Below, in pieces: positions 45,980-56,705 of a DNA stretch of 59,709 nt (positions within the stretch are counted from its first letter, which is position 1; each line of letters opens with the position of its first letter). Where the stretch lies: the IMG/VR virus record IMGVR_UViG_3300024999_000116, positions 1 to 59,709 of that record; one strand, written 5' to 3'. The position numbers were made by a program, and so were the translations under genes. Below the pieces are notes generated by a model. The model saw only the letters and a list, made by a program, of their open reading frames with translations. It did no database searches and had not been told where the DNA came from. Source of the stretch: a virus (taxonomy: Duplodnaviria > Caudoviricetes).

Positions 45980-46553
45980 ATGAAGTTTAAGGAGTGGGAT
46001 CGGGTTATTGTTGATGATGGAGTTCTGTATAGAGGTTTTAAAGCTACTGTTTTAGGCAAGCACGTGCCTCCATATGATACAACCATGCCTCAATATTGCT
46101 TAAGAACTGATAATAAAGAGATAGTTTGGTTTTCGCATGGCTGTGATGGACTGTGCGAGGACGGGTATGGATTATTTGCCAGGGAAGGTAATTTAACCCT
46201 AATCACCAACAAGGAACAACCAGCATGAACACAAAAGAATATTCAGAAATAAGCAGGTTAACAGCATCATGGGCGCAGTCAATCCGTAATGGACAAGCAG
46301 TATTAGTCGCAGAAACACTTGAAAGAGTGTCGGCGTACTGTTTGGAGCAGGCTAGTGTGCCGGATGAATGGGAGAAATCATGTACTGTGAAAAATGCGGA
46401 ACAGAAATGGTCTGGGTTAGTTTGCCCAGCACCGACATGGACGTGGTTGCAGGGATTTTGGTCGAAAGGGAAACGCAAGACTACTGCCTGATGTGTCCTG
46501 TATTGGATTGTTTTGAGGCGGTGGAGAGTGAGGAAGATGTAATACCATTTTAG
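45980..46553 (+). other. Small hypothetical ORFs (~45980-46228, 46368-46553)
   Basis: RBS-led ORFs; overlapping alternatives not resolved. Confidence 0.35.
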
Positions 46554-46564
46554 GAGGGTTAATT

Positions 46565-48511
46565 TTGAAAATACAAAACCTTGTTTTAAGAAATTTCAAG
46601 GGTATTAAGGAGTTTGAATTAAACGCAGGCGGCAAAGATGTTGCCGTTTATGCCGACAATGGTCTTGGGAAAACAACTATTGCCGATTCGTTTAACTGGT
46701 TACTGTTCGGGAAAGATTCGTTAGGTAGAGCAAAGTTTGAGATTAAAACGCTTGACGGTAATGGCAATGTTATTCATGGACTGGAACATGAAGTTGAGGG
46801 AACCTTTGATATTAGCGGTAAGCAGTTGAAACTCAAAAAAGTCTATAAAGAAAAGTGGACCAAGAAAAAGGGACAAGCAACTCCCACATTCACCGGACAT
46901 ACAACAGACCATTTTATTGATGAAGTGCCGGTTAACGAAAAGGTTTTTGCCGCTAAAATCGCCGAGATAGTCAATGAGGATATTTTTAGACTACTAACCA
47001 ATCCTTTATTCTTCAGCGATTTACACTGGGAGAAGCGCAGGGAAATAATCTTGCAGGTTTGCGGTGATGTGTCGGATGATGAAGTCATTTCCTCAGACAA
47101 AACACTTGCAGATTTACCGAGTATCCTTAATGGCAGATTATTGGACGATCATAGAAAGGTTGTTGCTGCACAAAAGGCCAAGATTAACGGTGAACTAAAA
47201 GATATTCCTGTTCGCATCAATGAGGTTAACCGTTCTTTGCCTGACGTATTAGAGTTAAACGGTTTTGAAATTGAAGGTAAGGTTATTGACCTAAAGGCAA
47301 AATTAGAGACTAAGCGACAGGAGATAATGACAATCCAAAGTGGCGGTGAGGTTGCCGAAAAGGTCAAGGAATTAAGGGAATTGGAAAGTAAGATTCTCGA
47401 TATTCAAAACGAGCATAAGAAAAAACAGCATGAGTTGACCTTTGCCAAGCGGTCAGAACTATTGGACATTAAAGGAAAACTACAGTCTGTCGAGCAGGAT
47501 ATAAAACAGAAGGAAAGGTTAATTAAAGTAAACGATGAAAGGATATTGAGTTTAGAGGGTAAAGCACAGGAACTCCGTAATGGATGGCACAAATACAATA
47601 AGACAGAGTTTGTTTTTGAGCAGGACAGTAATTGCCCGACCTGTGGACAGGAGTTACCGGAGGGCAAATTAGAACAGGCAAGAAAGGACGCACTAGCAGA
47701 ATTCAACACTTTTAAAGCAACATCATTGACTAATATTTCTGCTGACGGTAAGGCGTGTAAGAAAGAAATTGAAGCATGGAAAGCGGAAAATACCACCCAC
47801 ATAGAGAAAATCAAAGCACTACAGGAGCAGCAAGAAGTATTACAGGAACAAGCAGTTAAACTACAAACCGAACTTGACGAGTTGAGTGCAGGAGTTACCG
47901 ATATAACCGCCAATACCGAGCATGTGGCAGCAGGTAAAGAAAAGTCAGAACTAATAAACAAGATCGAGCAATTAAAGATTGATAACCATGATTTACTGAT
48001 TACTGCCAAGTCCGAGGCGGCAGTTATTGAAGAAGAATTCAATGTCTACCAAGGGCAAATAAAAGACATTGAGACACACACTAAAGGCCAAATACGCATA
48101 GAAGAACTGATGGCGCAAGAGAAGAAACTTGCCGGTGAGTACGAGAAGCTTGAAAGAGAATCCTTCTTATGCGATCAGTTCATTAAGGCCAAAGTTTCCA
48201 TGCTTGAAGTAAGGATTAATAACTTCTTTAAGATGGCACGTTTTAAGATGTTTAATGTCTTAGTAAATGGTGCGATTGAACCGATGTGTTCAGTAACTTA
48301 TGGTGGCGTACCGTTTGAATCTCTGAATAATGCCGGTAGGTTGCAGGTTGGTTTAGATATTATTTCTACCTTACAGAAACATTATAACTTCCATGCTCCG
48401 GTGTGGGTGGATAACAGGGAAAGTATAGTCGTTCTGCCGGAAATGGACTGTCAGGTTATCAGTTTGATTGTAAGTGGTCAGGATAAAAAATTACGGGTGG
48501 AGGTTTTATAA
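46565..48511 (+). CDS. SbcC/Rad50-like AAA ATPase
   Basis: LRNFKG..NGLGKTT, coiled coil with CPTCG hook, PVWVDNRES. Confidence 0.85.
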   Translation: MKIQNLVLRNFKGIKEFELNAGGKDVAVYADNGLGKTTIADSFNWLLFGKDSLGRAKFEIKTLDGNGNVIHGLEHEVEGTFDISGKQLKLKKVYKEKWTKKKGQATPTFTGHTTDHFIDEVPVNEKVFAAKIAEIVNEDIFRLLTNPLFFSDLHWEKRREIILQVCGDVSDDEVISSDKTLADLPSILNGRLLDDHRKVVAAQKAKINGELKDIPVRINEVNRSLPDVLELNGFEIEGKVIDLKAKLETKRQEIMTIQSGGEVAEKVKELRELESKILDIQNEHKKKQHELTFAKRSELLDIKGKLQSVEQDIKQKERLIKVNDERILSLEGKAQELRNGWHKYNKTEFVFEQDSNCPTCGQELPEGKLEQARKDALAEFNTFKATSLTNISADGKACKKEIEAWKAENTTHIEKIKALQEQQEVLQEQAVKLQTELDELSAGVTDITANTEHVAAGKEKSELINKIEQLKIDNHDLLITAKSEAAVIEEEFNVYQGQIKDIETHTKGQIRIEELMAQEKKLAGEYEKLERESFLCDQFIKAKVSMLEVRINNFFKMARFKMFNVLVNGAIEPMCSVTYGGVPFESLNNAGRLQVGLDIISTLQKHYNFHAPVWVDNRESIVVLPEMDCQVISLIVSGQDKKLRVEVL

Positions 48512-49447
48512 ATGGCAGTACAAAATGCAGTAGCAACGGTAAAGAAAGAAACAGTTGACATTGTGGCAGCACGTATTAAGCAGTTTCAGAATAGCGGTGA
48601 ACTTAGATTGCCGGCAAACTATTCACCGGAAAATGCTCTAAAATCGGCATGGCTGATATTGCAGGAAACGGTAGATAAGGATAAAAAGCCAGCATTGGCC
48701 GTTTGCACCAAGGAAAGTATTGCAAATTCACTACTTGACATGGTTGTGCAGGGACTAAACCCAGCTAAAAAGCAAGGTTACTTTATTGTCTATGGAAATA
48801 AGTTGACCTTCCAGCGTTCCTACTTCGGGACAATGGCGGTAACTAAACAGGTTGACGATACTATTGAGGACGTTTTTTCCGAGGTTGTTTACGAAGATGA
48901 TGTATTTAAGTATAAAATTAACCGGGGCAGAAAAGAAATAACCGAGCATGAGCAGTCACTTGAAAACATTAACGGTAAGAAAATAAAGGCCGCCTACTGC
49001 ATGATTATTGATACCGATGGTCAGGTCAAGCGTACCGAGATTATGACCTTTGACGAAATCAAGCAGGCATGGAAGCAGTCTAAAATGTTTCCAATTGATG
49101 CTAACGGCAATATTAAAGTTGGTTCTACTCACGACAAGTTTACTGCCGAAATGTGCAAGAAAACAGTAACCAATAAGGCATGTAAGCCGATCATTAATTC
49201 TAGTGACGATGGATACCTGTTTAAACAGAGCGTTAACCGAACCTCTGAAATTATTGTTGAGGAAGATGTTGCTGACGAAATTGCCGCTAATGCTAACAAA
49301 GAGGTTATTGATATAGTTATTGAAGATGCAGAGTTTACCGAACCCAAACAGGACAACCCCAACGGTCCGGCAATTGAAGTAGAAGTAACGCCGCCGACAG
49401 AAAAGCCAAAAGACACACCACCAACTACTGACGGCCCTGATTTTTAG
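48512..49447 (+). CDS. recT: RecT-family recombinase
   Basis: SIANSLLDMVVQGLNPAKKQGYFIVYG..QRSYFG..EMCKKTV. Confidence 0.88.
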   Translation: MAVQNAVATVKKETVDIVAARIKQFQNSGELRLPANYSPENALKSAWLILQETVDKDKKPALAVCTKESIANSLLDMVVQGLNPAKKQGYFIVYGNKLTFQRSYFGTMAVTKQVDDTIEDVFSEVVYEDDVFKYKINRGRKEITEHEQSLENINGKKIKAAYCMIIDTDGQVKRTEIMTFDEIKQAWKQSKMFPIDANGNIKVGSTHDKFTAEMCKKTVTNKACKPIINSSDDGYLFKQSVNRTSEIIVEEDVADEIAANANKEVIDIVIEDAEFTEPKQDNPNGPAIEVEVTPPTEKPKDTPPTTDGPDF

Positions 49448-50158
49448 ATGGAGATTACCGTTTTAGCAAGCGGAAGTAAGGGTAACTGCTACAGAATTTC
49501 TGATGGCAGTACCCCATTAATTATAGAATGTGGAATATCGTTTAAAAATATTCAGCGCGGATTAAACTTTAATACTTCTGAAATTGCCGGTTGTCTTGTC
49601 ACCCACGAACACGCTGATCATTCTAAAGCCGTTAAGGACGTTCTAAAGGCAGGTATAGACGTCTACACCTCACAGGGAACTATAGACGCTCTAGGACTGT
49701 CTGGACACCGATTAAGGGCATTAAAAAGCAAGAAGCAAATAGACATAGACACATGGACAGTATTACCCTTCGATACAGAGCATGATGCCGCTGAACCGTT
49801 AGGATTTTTGCTAGCAAGCAGGTCTGCCGATATTAAATTTCTTTTTGCTACAGATACCTTCTATGTGCGGTATAAGTTTCAAGGACTAACACATATTGCC
49901 ATAGAGTGCAATTATGCCGACGATATTCTAAGGGCAAATGTAGATGCCGGACTGATACCGACAGACTTAAAGAACAGGTTATTGAAATCTCACTTCTCCC
50001 TTGAAAATGTCAAGGAATTTCTTAGGGCAAATGATATGTCGAAGGTGCGAGAGATTCATTTGATACATTTGTCGGAAACCAACGCAGACCCAGAGAGGTT
50101 TAAGCGAGAGATACGGCAACTCACAGGTAAACCTACCTTTATTTCCGGTGGTGAGTAA
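49448..50158 (+). CDS. MBL-fold metallo-hydrolase (exonuclease partner)
   Basis: LASGSKGNCY, THEHADH, FATDT, ECNY, HLS. Confidence 0.9.
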   Translation: MEITVLASGSKGNCYRISDGSTPLIIECGISFKNIQRGLNFNTSEIAGCLVTHEHADHSKAVKDVLKAGIDVYTSQGTIDALGLSGHRLRALKSKKQIDIDTWTVLPFDTEHDAAEPLGFLLASRSADIKFLFATDTFYVRYKFQGLTHIAIECNYADDILRANVDAGLIPTDLKNRLLKSHFSLENVKEFLRANDMSKVREIHLIHLSETNADPERFKREIRQLTGKPTFISGGE

Positions 50159-50240
50159 ATTGAATATTATTGAGCAGATTATCGAGGCATTAGAAAAGTA
50201 TAATGATAATTTAGAAAAATGGTTGGAGGAGGACGATTAA

Positions 50241-51390
50241 ATGCCATTCGTAACGATTGAAGTCGAAGGAGGCAAGTTAACCCTGCTCGGTGGTGACGAG
50301 GTTATGCGTGAGGTTATCGAAAATGAATGTCCCATTGACTTAGCGTTTGACGATAAATTGTTCAAAGAAATATATCACCACCCCGACGGAACGAGACTTA
50401 ACATTTATGGCAGCGTTAGGGGTAGGGGATTAAATGAACATATACTTTGGAGTGATGTGGAGGTGGTTAGTTAGTCACAGAATGACCGCAAACAGTATTT
50501 TAAGGCCTGTACAGCGTAGTAAATACGTTTCAGGTAAAACGGAGGTACGAAATGAAAATAAGACTTAACGAGGACTACAGAGTGTCAACCGATCCGCATA
50601 ACTATATTTTAGAGAAACGGCGTATTGCCGGATCTGACTCCAAGGAACCGGGTAAGGAAATGTGGGATAAGGCAGGTTACTACAGTTCTATTGCCGGTAT
50701 AGTGAATGGTTGCCTACTGCATGGCATCGAAAACAGCGATTTAAGGGACGTACAGCAGATTAAAAATCATTTAGATACTTTAGGTGCTGATATTCTGAAA
50801 AGCCTTCAGAAACACTTTAAGGGGGTTGTGTAGTGACTTGTAAACCTATAATTGTTGGCGGCGAGGTAAGTGGTTTTGTCTGTGAAGTTGCCGGAAATCA
50901 TGTCAGTGACAATAAAATCAATATACTCGACATGGAGTTAAAAGTTATTGGTGAACCAAAACGTGCTTGGGATGCCGGGGACTGTGGGCAATGGGAAATA
51001 CCCGTAGAATGTCCTAAGTGTGGTAAGGGTGCAGTTGCATTAGAAGGTTATATGTTTGCCTATGATGTAAATTCCATAAACTGTGAACATTGCGGATATA
51101 GTCTAGATCAACAACAACTAGATAGATTAGAGGAAATAGAATCAGCAAAAGAACTACTAAGTAGATGGAATGTTGCCGAGCATAGTATGTTTGAGGAGGA
51201 AATAACAGATCGAATGGCAGTTGACCTTATCTATAATGTCGGCAAACTGAATTCTTGGATGAATAAGCAGGGGTATTTCTTCTGTAACCGAGATAGTATT
51301 TTTAGGGCGTTTGCTCTGTTAGTTGAGGAGCAAGAAAAACTATCAAAAGAGGCAGAGGAACATATTAAGAAAGTTTTGGGGAGGACTTAG
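50241..51390 (+). other. Hypothetical ORFs 50241-50474, 50552-50833, 50833-51390
   Basis: RBS-led ORFs in the early operon. Confidence 0.45.
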
Positions 51391-51446
51391 TTTTGCTCTG
51401 ACCTACTGTATCCGGTAGGTATAAACTTTTGACGGGTGGTGGTTAG

Positions 51447-51908
51447 TTGGTTAATAAAGCACTATTTTCCTCAGATTCGACAACGTGGGAAACTCCGCAT
51501 AATTTATTCGAAGAATTAAACAGGGAATTCTGGTTTGAATTAGATGTGTGTGCCGATATGAAAAACCATAAATGTGCTAAGTGGTATACGGAGGGGCAAG
51601 ATGGATTAAAGCAAGAATGGTATGTGCAGGCCAAAACCTGCTGGATGAATCCACCATATGGAAAAACTATAAGCGACTGGATACAAAAAGCCAGCGAGGA
51701 AAGCAAAAAAGGTTGCACAGTGGTATGCCTACTTCCTGCCAGGACCGATACGAAATACTTTCATTGGTACATTTGGGACAAGCACAATCATAGGCCGAAA
51801 CCGGGGGTAGAAGTAAGATTTTTACAGGGTAGATTAAAGTTTGTCGGGGCGAAAGATTCTGCTCCATTTCCGAGTATGAATTGGTCAATTAGACCGGATG
51901 GGAGGTAG
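51447..51908 (+). CDS. Phage DNA N6-adenine methyltransferase (Dam-type)
   Basis: WETP..LDVCA..WMNPPYG..LLPARTDT..GRLKF..APFPS. Confidence 0.88.
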   Translation: MVNKALFSSDSTTWETPHNLFEELNREFWFELDVCADMKNHKCAKWYTEGQDGLKQEWYVQAKTCWMNPPYGKTISDWIQKASEESKKGCTVVCLLPARTDTKYFHWYIWDKHNHRPKPGVEVRFLQGRLKFVGAKDSAPFPSMNWSIRPDGR

Positions 51909-51912
51909 AAAA

Positions 51913-52074
51913 ATGTCCGAGACGGAAAGACAAGCACTATCACAACAGATTGAGGCAGCGCAACAAAAAATGTACGATGCCGTAACTGATTTTAACTTAA
52001 CCGCTACCGATGTGGTGAAAGCAAGTCAGGAGTTGGACAAGCTGATTGTGCAGTATATGAGGGGTACAGTATGA
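51913..52074 (+). CDS. Spo0E-family aspartyl-phosphate phosphatase
   Basis: 53 aa ..DVVKASQELDKLIVQYM, with the SQELD signature; GGAGG RBS. Not in the ORF track. Confidence 0.8.
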   Translation: MSETERQALSQQIEAAQQKMYDAVTDFNLTATDVVKASQELDKLIVQYMRGTV

Positions 52075-52782
52075 AAATAACGGACCCGAATAAGACACTG
52101 GAAATGGCCGGTATTGTTCTTTTCATCATTGATTGGCCTGAGCATGTCGTTTATGTGGATAACCTTCAGAAGTTGTCGGAGTATTGCGGCATGAATTGGT
52201 CAAGGCTGGCTGAGGAGGTTGAATGGCGAGGATGGACTTGGAGGAATTTGAGGTAGAGTACAGCAAGTATTAATATGGATAAATAGGATAGGGAGGTACT
52301 TCAATGTATAAATATAAAATTTCCAAGGAAATGCTCAAAGTTTATGATGAAAAGGGAAAAGTTAAGGGTTATCGCTCAGAGAAGGAAATGCTCAGTATCA
52401 TAAATTCTACTTTTGGCCTTAACCGTGTTGTTACCGGGTTGGTTATTAGTTAGTTAACGGCAAAGGAGCAACCGCCGTTATTGCCGGGGTTGCTCCTTGT
52501 GAGAGAGGGCGTATTTTAGAAGGTCGCGGACTACTTCGGCGGTTGGAGGTACTTTGTCTAATGTTTTACGGTATTCTTCAATTTGATTGAGCAACCTTTG
52601 ACTAATGGCAAAATTAAACCTTTTATCATTCTTCTCTTTACCTATTTTTTCTGACATGAAATCACCTCATAAATGTGTTGTTTGTGTCGATTATACAGGA
52701 AAAACCTTGCAAAATCAATGGTAAAATGTTATAATATATGTGTGAGTGACATATTGAATTATTATTTGGAGGTACACAATAA

Positions 52783-53010
52783 TTGACTTGGGAACAAATT
52801 GTTTCGATTGAACCGAGATTAAAAGCACTTGCTGAGAGAGCAAGGTTTGACTCAAGGAAAAGTGCTACCGAGAAAACAAAGTTATGGCACGGAATATATA
52901 AACCGTCGTTACATGAACTTGTGGGATGGGAGAGCAGGAATAAGGACCTCCAAAATCCTAAAGTTTTTGAAATAGCATCATGGAATATTTGCGACATGCT
53001 GAAGTACTAA
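52783..53010 (+). CDS. Hypothetical protein
   Basis: GGAGG RBS, TTG start. Confidence 0.5.
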   Translation: MTWEQIVSIEPRLKALAERARFDSRKSATEKTKLWHGIYKPSLHELVGWESRNKDLQNPKVFEIASWNICDMLKY

Positions 53011-53021
53011 GTGGAGGATCT

Positions 53022-53891
53022 ATGAGAAGAAACAGACTGCTACTCGATGAAAAACCTTTAATTATATTACCAGAATTAGCTACTAAGATAGGCCTAAACG
53101 AGGCGATAGTTTTACAGCAAATAAATTATTGGTTAGTTGATTCTAATCACATTTACGAGGGTAGAAGGTGGATATACAATACTTACGCGGAATGGCAGAA
53201 GCAACTACCATTTTGGAGCATAAACACCATTCGCAGGGCAATAGCAAAATTAGAAACAACTAACCTAATTATTAGCGGTAATTTTAATAAAATGAAATTA
53301 GATAATACAAAATGGTACACAATTAACTTTGATGAAGTATATAAACTGGAGGACAATCCACTTAACCAGGATGGACAGACCACTTGCCCAAATTGGGCAG
53401 ACGGAGAAACCAAATTGGGCAGACCAATACCAGAGACTTCTTCAAAGACTACTTCAAATAATAAACCCATTGGCGATAATGATAAAAAATCTTCTCATAA
53501 ACAAATAATGGACTATTATCACAATAAGTTTTTATCCATCTTTAACGTAAAACCTGTCATTAATGGTGGTAAAGATGGTTCTACTATCAAAAAACTACTT
53601 ACCACTTTTACGGTAGAAGAATTAATTATATTATTAGATAAGTTTTTTGCTTCAAATGACACCTTTATTAAGAACTCTGGTTATACGCTATCAATATTTT
53701 CAACTCAGATAAATAAACTTAATATCTCTGTTAATTCAGCACAATCTATTAATGCACAGCAACAACCTCCTGCACCACCAAGGCATGATTCAAAAACCGT
53801 AGATACAGAAAGTGATGATTTTAAAGCATTTTTAAAAATCAGACAACAACAGGAGAAAGAAGAAGCAGAAAAACGTGCTGAATTGGGGTGA
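53022..53891 (+). CDS. Phage replication initiator (replisome organiser)
   Basis: LATKIGLNEAIVLQQINYW..WIYNTYAEW..TKWYTINF; upstream of DnaB. Confidence 0.8.
   Translation: MRRNRLLLDEKPLIILPELATKIGLNEAIVLQQINYWLVDSNHIYEGRRWIYNTYAEWQKQLPFWSINTIRRAIAKLETTNLIISGNFNKMKLDNTKWYTINFDEVYKLEDNPLNQDGQTTCPNWADGETKLGRPIPETSSKTTSNNKPIGDNDKKSSHKQIMDYYHNKFLSIFNVKPVINGGKDGSTIKKLLTTFTVEELIILLDKFFASNDTFIKNSGYTLSIFSTQINKLNISVNSAQSINAQQQPPAPPRHDSKTVDTESDDFKAFLKIRQQQEKEEAEKRAELG
53366..53424 (+). repeat. Iterons (putative replication origin)
   Basis: ccaggatggacagac 53366, ccaaattgggcagac 53388 and 53410: 22-bp period; AT-rich tract follows. Confidence 0.65.
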
Positions 53892-53895
53892 GTAG

Positions 53896-55179
53896 TTGAA
53901 ACAGACACCTTCTAATGTTGAAGCAGAAAAAAATCTACTAGGTGCTATGATGTTTAACAAAGACATTATTGCTGACATAGTAGAAATACTTACCCAAGAT
54001 GATTTTTACCAAGAGTTTAACGGAACTATCTTTAGAGCAATGATTGACTTAGATGCTAGAAGTATTACACCTGACCTTATAACATTGTCTAACGTAGTAC
54101 CTAAGTACAATAAAAACATACCGATAGTTTATATCGCTCAACTTATCGAAGGTGCCAGTACAGCAGGTAACGCTACTCACTATGCTAAGTTGATTAAAGA
54201 AAAATCGGTACTCAGACAACTAATTAACCGACAAACGGCAATCATAAATAAGATTTACAATAATGATTTTGAGACAGCACAGGAACTTCTTGCGGACGCA
54301 GAACAGAGCATACTTGATATAAACAGCAAGGATAACTGCAATGTGTCTCATGTTAAAAATATGCTCATACCTTATATTGTTAATCTTGAGAATATGAAAC
54401 CTGGGATAAATGGCATAACAACACCATTTCTTAAATTTGATTATATGACTTCTGGATTTCAGAACAAGGATTTAATATTGGTTGCTGCTCGTCCCGGAAT
54501 GGGTAAGACAAGTTTTGCAACAGAAATAGCGGCACATTCAGTTCTTAAGGGTTTATCTGTAGCATTTTTCAGTTTAGAAATGCCTAGTGAGCAAATTTTA
54601 AATCGGATTCATTCTCAACAACTAAAAGTTCCTCTTAGCAAGTTTAGGATGGGTGGATTTTTACAGGAAGAATGGAATAGAATCAATGACTTTGGTGCTA
54701 AATTAAGCACTAAAAACCTAATAATAGAAGATAAACCAATGACAATCCTTGAAATGCGAAGTAAGTGCAGAAGGATTAAAAAGCAATACGGACTTGATTT
54801 AATCGTCATTGACTACCTGCAAAAGATAAGAGGTCATAAAAAGTCAGAAAACAGGAATCATGAATTAGGCATGATAAGTGGCAGTCTCAAGGATATGGCA
54901 AAAGAGTTTAATGTCCCGGTTGTATCTCTTGCGCAGTTAAACAGGAGTGTTGAACAGAGGGCAGATAAACACCCCATGATGTCAGACCTTAGAGATAGTG
55001 GAAACTTAGAGCAGGATGCCGATATGATATGTTTCTTGTATCGTGACGAAAAGTATAATCCTGATACCGATAAGAAAAATATTACTGAATTAATCATATC
55101 TAAGCACAGAAACGGGGAGACAGGAATGATTGAACTTGTCTGGAATGGAATATTTACAGGTTTGCGTGACGCTCTTTAA
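53896..55179 (+). CDS. dnaB: Replicative DNA helicase
   Basis: AARPGMGKT, FSLEM, VIDYLQ, LAQLNR, SDLRDSG.LEQDAD, KHRNG. Confidence 0.95.
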   Translation: MKQTPSNVEAEKNLLGAMMFNKDIIADIVEILTQDDFYQEFNGTIFRAMIDLDARSITPDLITLSNVVPKYNKNIPIVYIAQLIEGASTAGNATHYAKLIKEKSVLRQLINRQTAIINKIYNNDFETAQELLADAEQSILDINSKDNCNVSHVKNMLIPYIVNLENMKPGINGITTPFLKFDYMTSGFQNKDLILVAARPGMGKTSFATEIAAHSVLKGLSVAFFSLEMPSEQILNRIHSQQLKVPLSKFRMGGFLQEEWNRINDFGAKLSTKNLIIEDKPMTILEMRSKCRRIKKQYGLDLIVIDYLQKIRGHKKSENRNHELGMISGSLKDMAKEFNVPVVSLAQLNRSVEQRADKHPMMSDLRDSGNLEQDADMICFLYRDEKYNPDTDKKNITELIISKHRNGETGMIELVWNGIFTGLRDAL

Positions 55180-55430
55180 TTATGCCCTCAACAACCGCAA
55201 ACGGTAAGTGTAAACCGAAAGTAGTTGAGGGCATGGAAAAGCGTATCGGAGAACGGATGGCGAAGCAGAAATATTTTTAATTTAGGAGGAACGAGCATTG
55301 CCGGAATTAGCAGATAAAATTATGCTCTATACGACAGTTTGCCTATGCTCCCTGCCCTGGATTTTGCTTTCAATAATCGGCATAAGGGGTGGTAAGGTAA
55401 CTATTGAATTTGGAAGGAAGGAGGAACCAA

Positions 55431-55829
55431 ATGGAACCAATAATTAAATATAAATGCCCGTTGTGTTTCAGGGAATACGATACGCCGGACGAAGCTAGAA
55501 ACTGTTTCGTGCCGTTACATGAAAGATTTAAAAACGGCGATATAGTCAAGGGTGGTTATCATAATGTTTATATTGTTGAAGATGCCGAGGAAAGAAATGC
55601 TGCCGCTGCAACGATTAAAGAGATTAAAGAATATATTGTGGCACAGGATACTAGAAAAATACACCATAACGAAAGAAGCGTTATGGTCGGAGGTTATTGG
55701 TGTGGTGCAGAGAGGTACCCTCTCGAAGAAGCTAAAAAGTTAGTTAGCGACTTACGCCGCCGGTTAAAAAATGCCGAGAAGTTTTTGGAAATGGTTAAGA
55801 AGATGTATGAGGAGGAAAACAATGCGTAG
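55431..55829 (+). CDS. Hypothetical protein
   Basis: ATG after GGAGG. Confidence 0.5.
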   Translation: MEPIIKYKCPLCFREYDTPDEARNCFVPLHERFKNGDIVKGGYHNVYIVEDAEERNAAAATIKEIKEYIVAQDTRKIHHNERSVMVGGYWCGAERYPLEEAKKLVSDLRRRLKNAEKFLEMVKKMYEEENNA

Positions 55830-56229
55830 ACCAACAGTATATCTTGCCGGTAAAATGACCGGACTGAGTAAAGAGCAAATGAACGAATGGAGAGACAAGG
55901 CAACGGATGATCTATTGGAGGCAGGTTACAAGGTACTGAATCCGGTAGATACAGACTTCGGAACCAACGTAACCGACAGAGAAATTATCCACAGCAACGA
56001 CTTCCAGATTAGGCATAGTGACATTATCCTTGCCGAGTTGGATTATGAGCAAATCTCTATCGGTACAATTTGCGAGATTGTGGAGGCGAGAAGGCAGGGA
56101 AAACCCGTTATTGCATGGGGTACTGCCTGCAACATCATCAATCATCCGCATATCAAGGGCAGGATTACCCGGCATTATGAGGATTTAGTAGATGCCGTTC
56201 AGTATATCATTGAAAACTATTACTTATAG
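55822..56229 (+). CDS. Nucleoside 2-deoxyribosyltransferase-like protein
   Basis: VYLAG..VLNP..D..IRHSDIILA..SIGTICE. Confidence 0.8.
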   Translation: MRRPTVYLAGKMTGLSKEQMNEWRDKATDDLLEAGYKVLNPVDTDFGTNVTDREIIHSNDFQIRHSDIILAELDYEQISIGTICEIVEARRQGKPVIAWGTACNIINHPHIKGRITRHYEDLVDAVQYIIENYYL

Positions 56230-56705
56230 GAGGTAGAGAGTATTAGTGAACAAATTACTAGCGTATCAATAGAAATTGGTTCGGTGATAGCCGTTATTCT
56301 TTCATGGGCAGTTAATAAGTCAATCTTATTGTGTATACTGCATGGGTCCCTTAGTTGGTTTTATGTTATTTATTGGGTTATTAAATATTAGGAGGATGCC
56401 GCAAATGCCGAAACAAAAACACCACAAACAACCTGAACTGAAATTTGTCGTTGACATACCAGACAACAGCAACCGGGCATGGTACGACAAGAAATATCGG
56501 AACAAGTTTAAAGATCGCCGGGGCGTTGTGCTACACGATTATAGAGATGGCATGTCGCCTGGATATTGTGTGGTAGCGGTGGAGGTAGTCAATTAGTCAA
56601 CCACAATCAAAAATAACCGCAGTAGTAAGCCCGTACAGCGACGTAAAATTACAGGACATGCTTTTGTGCCTGTTGTCGTAAAATGGGCATAGAAGGGGGT
56701 AAAAA

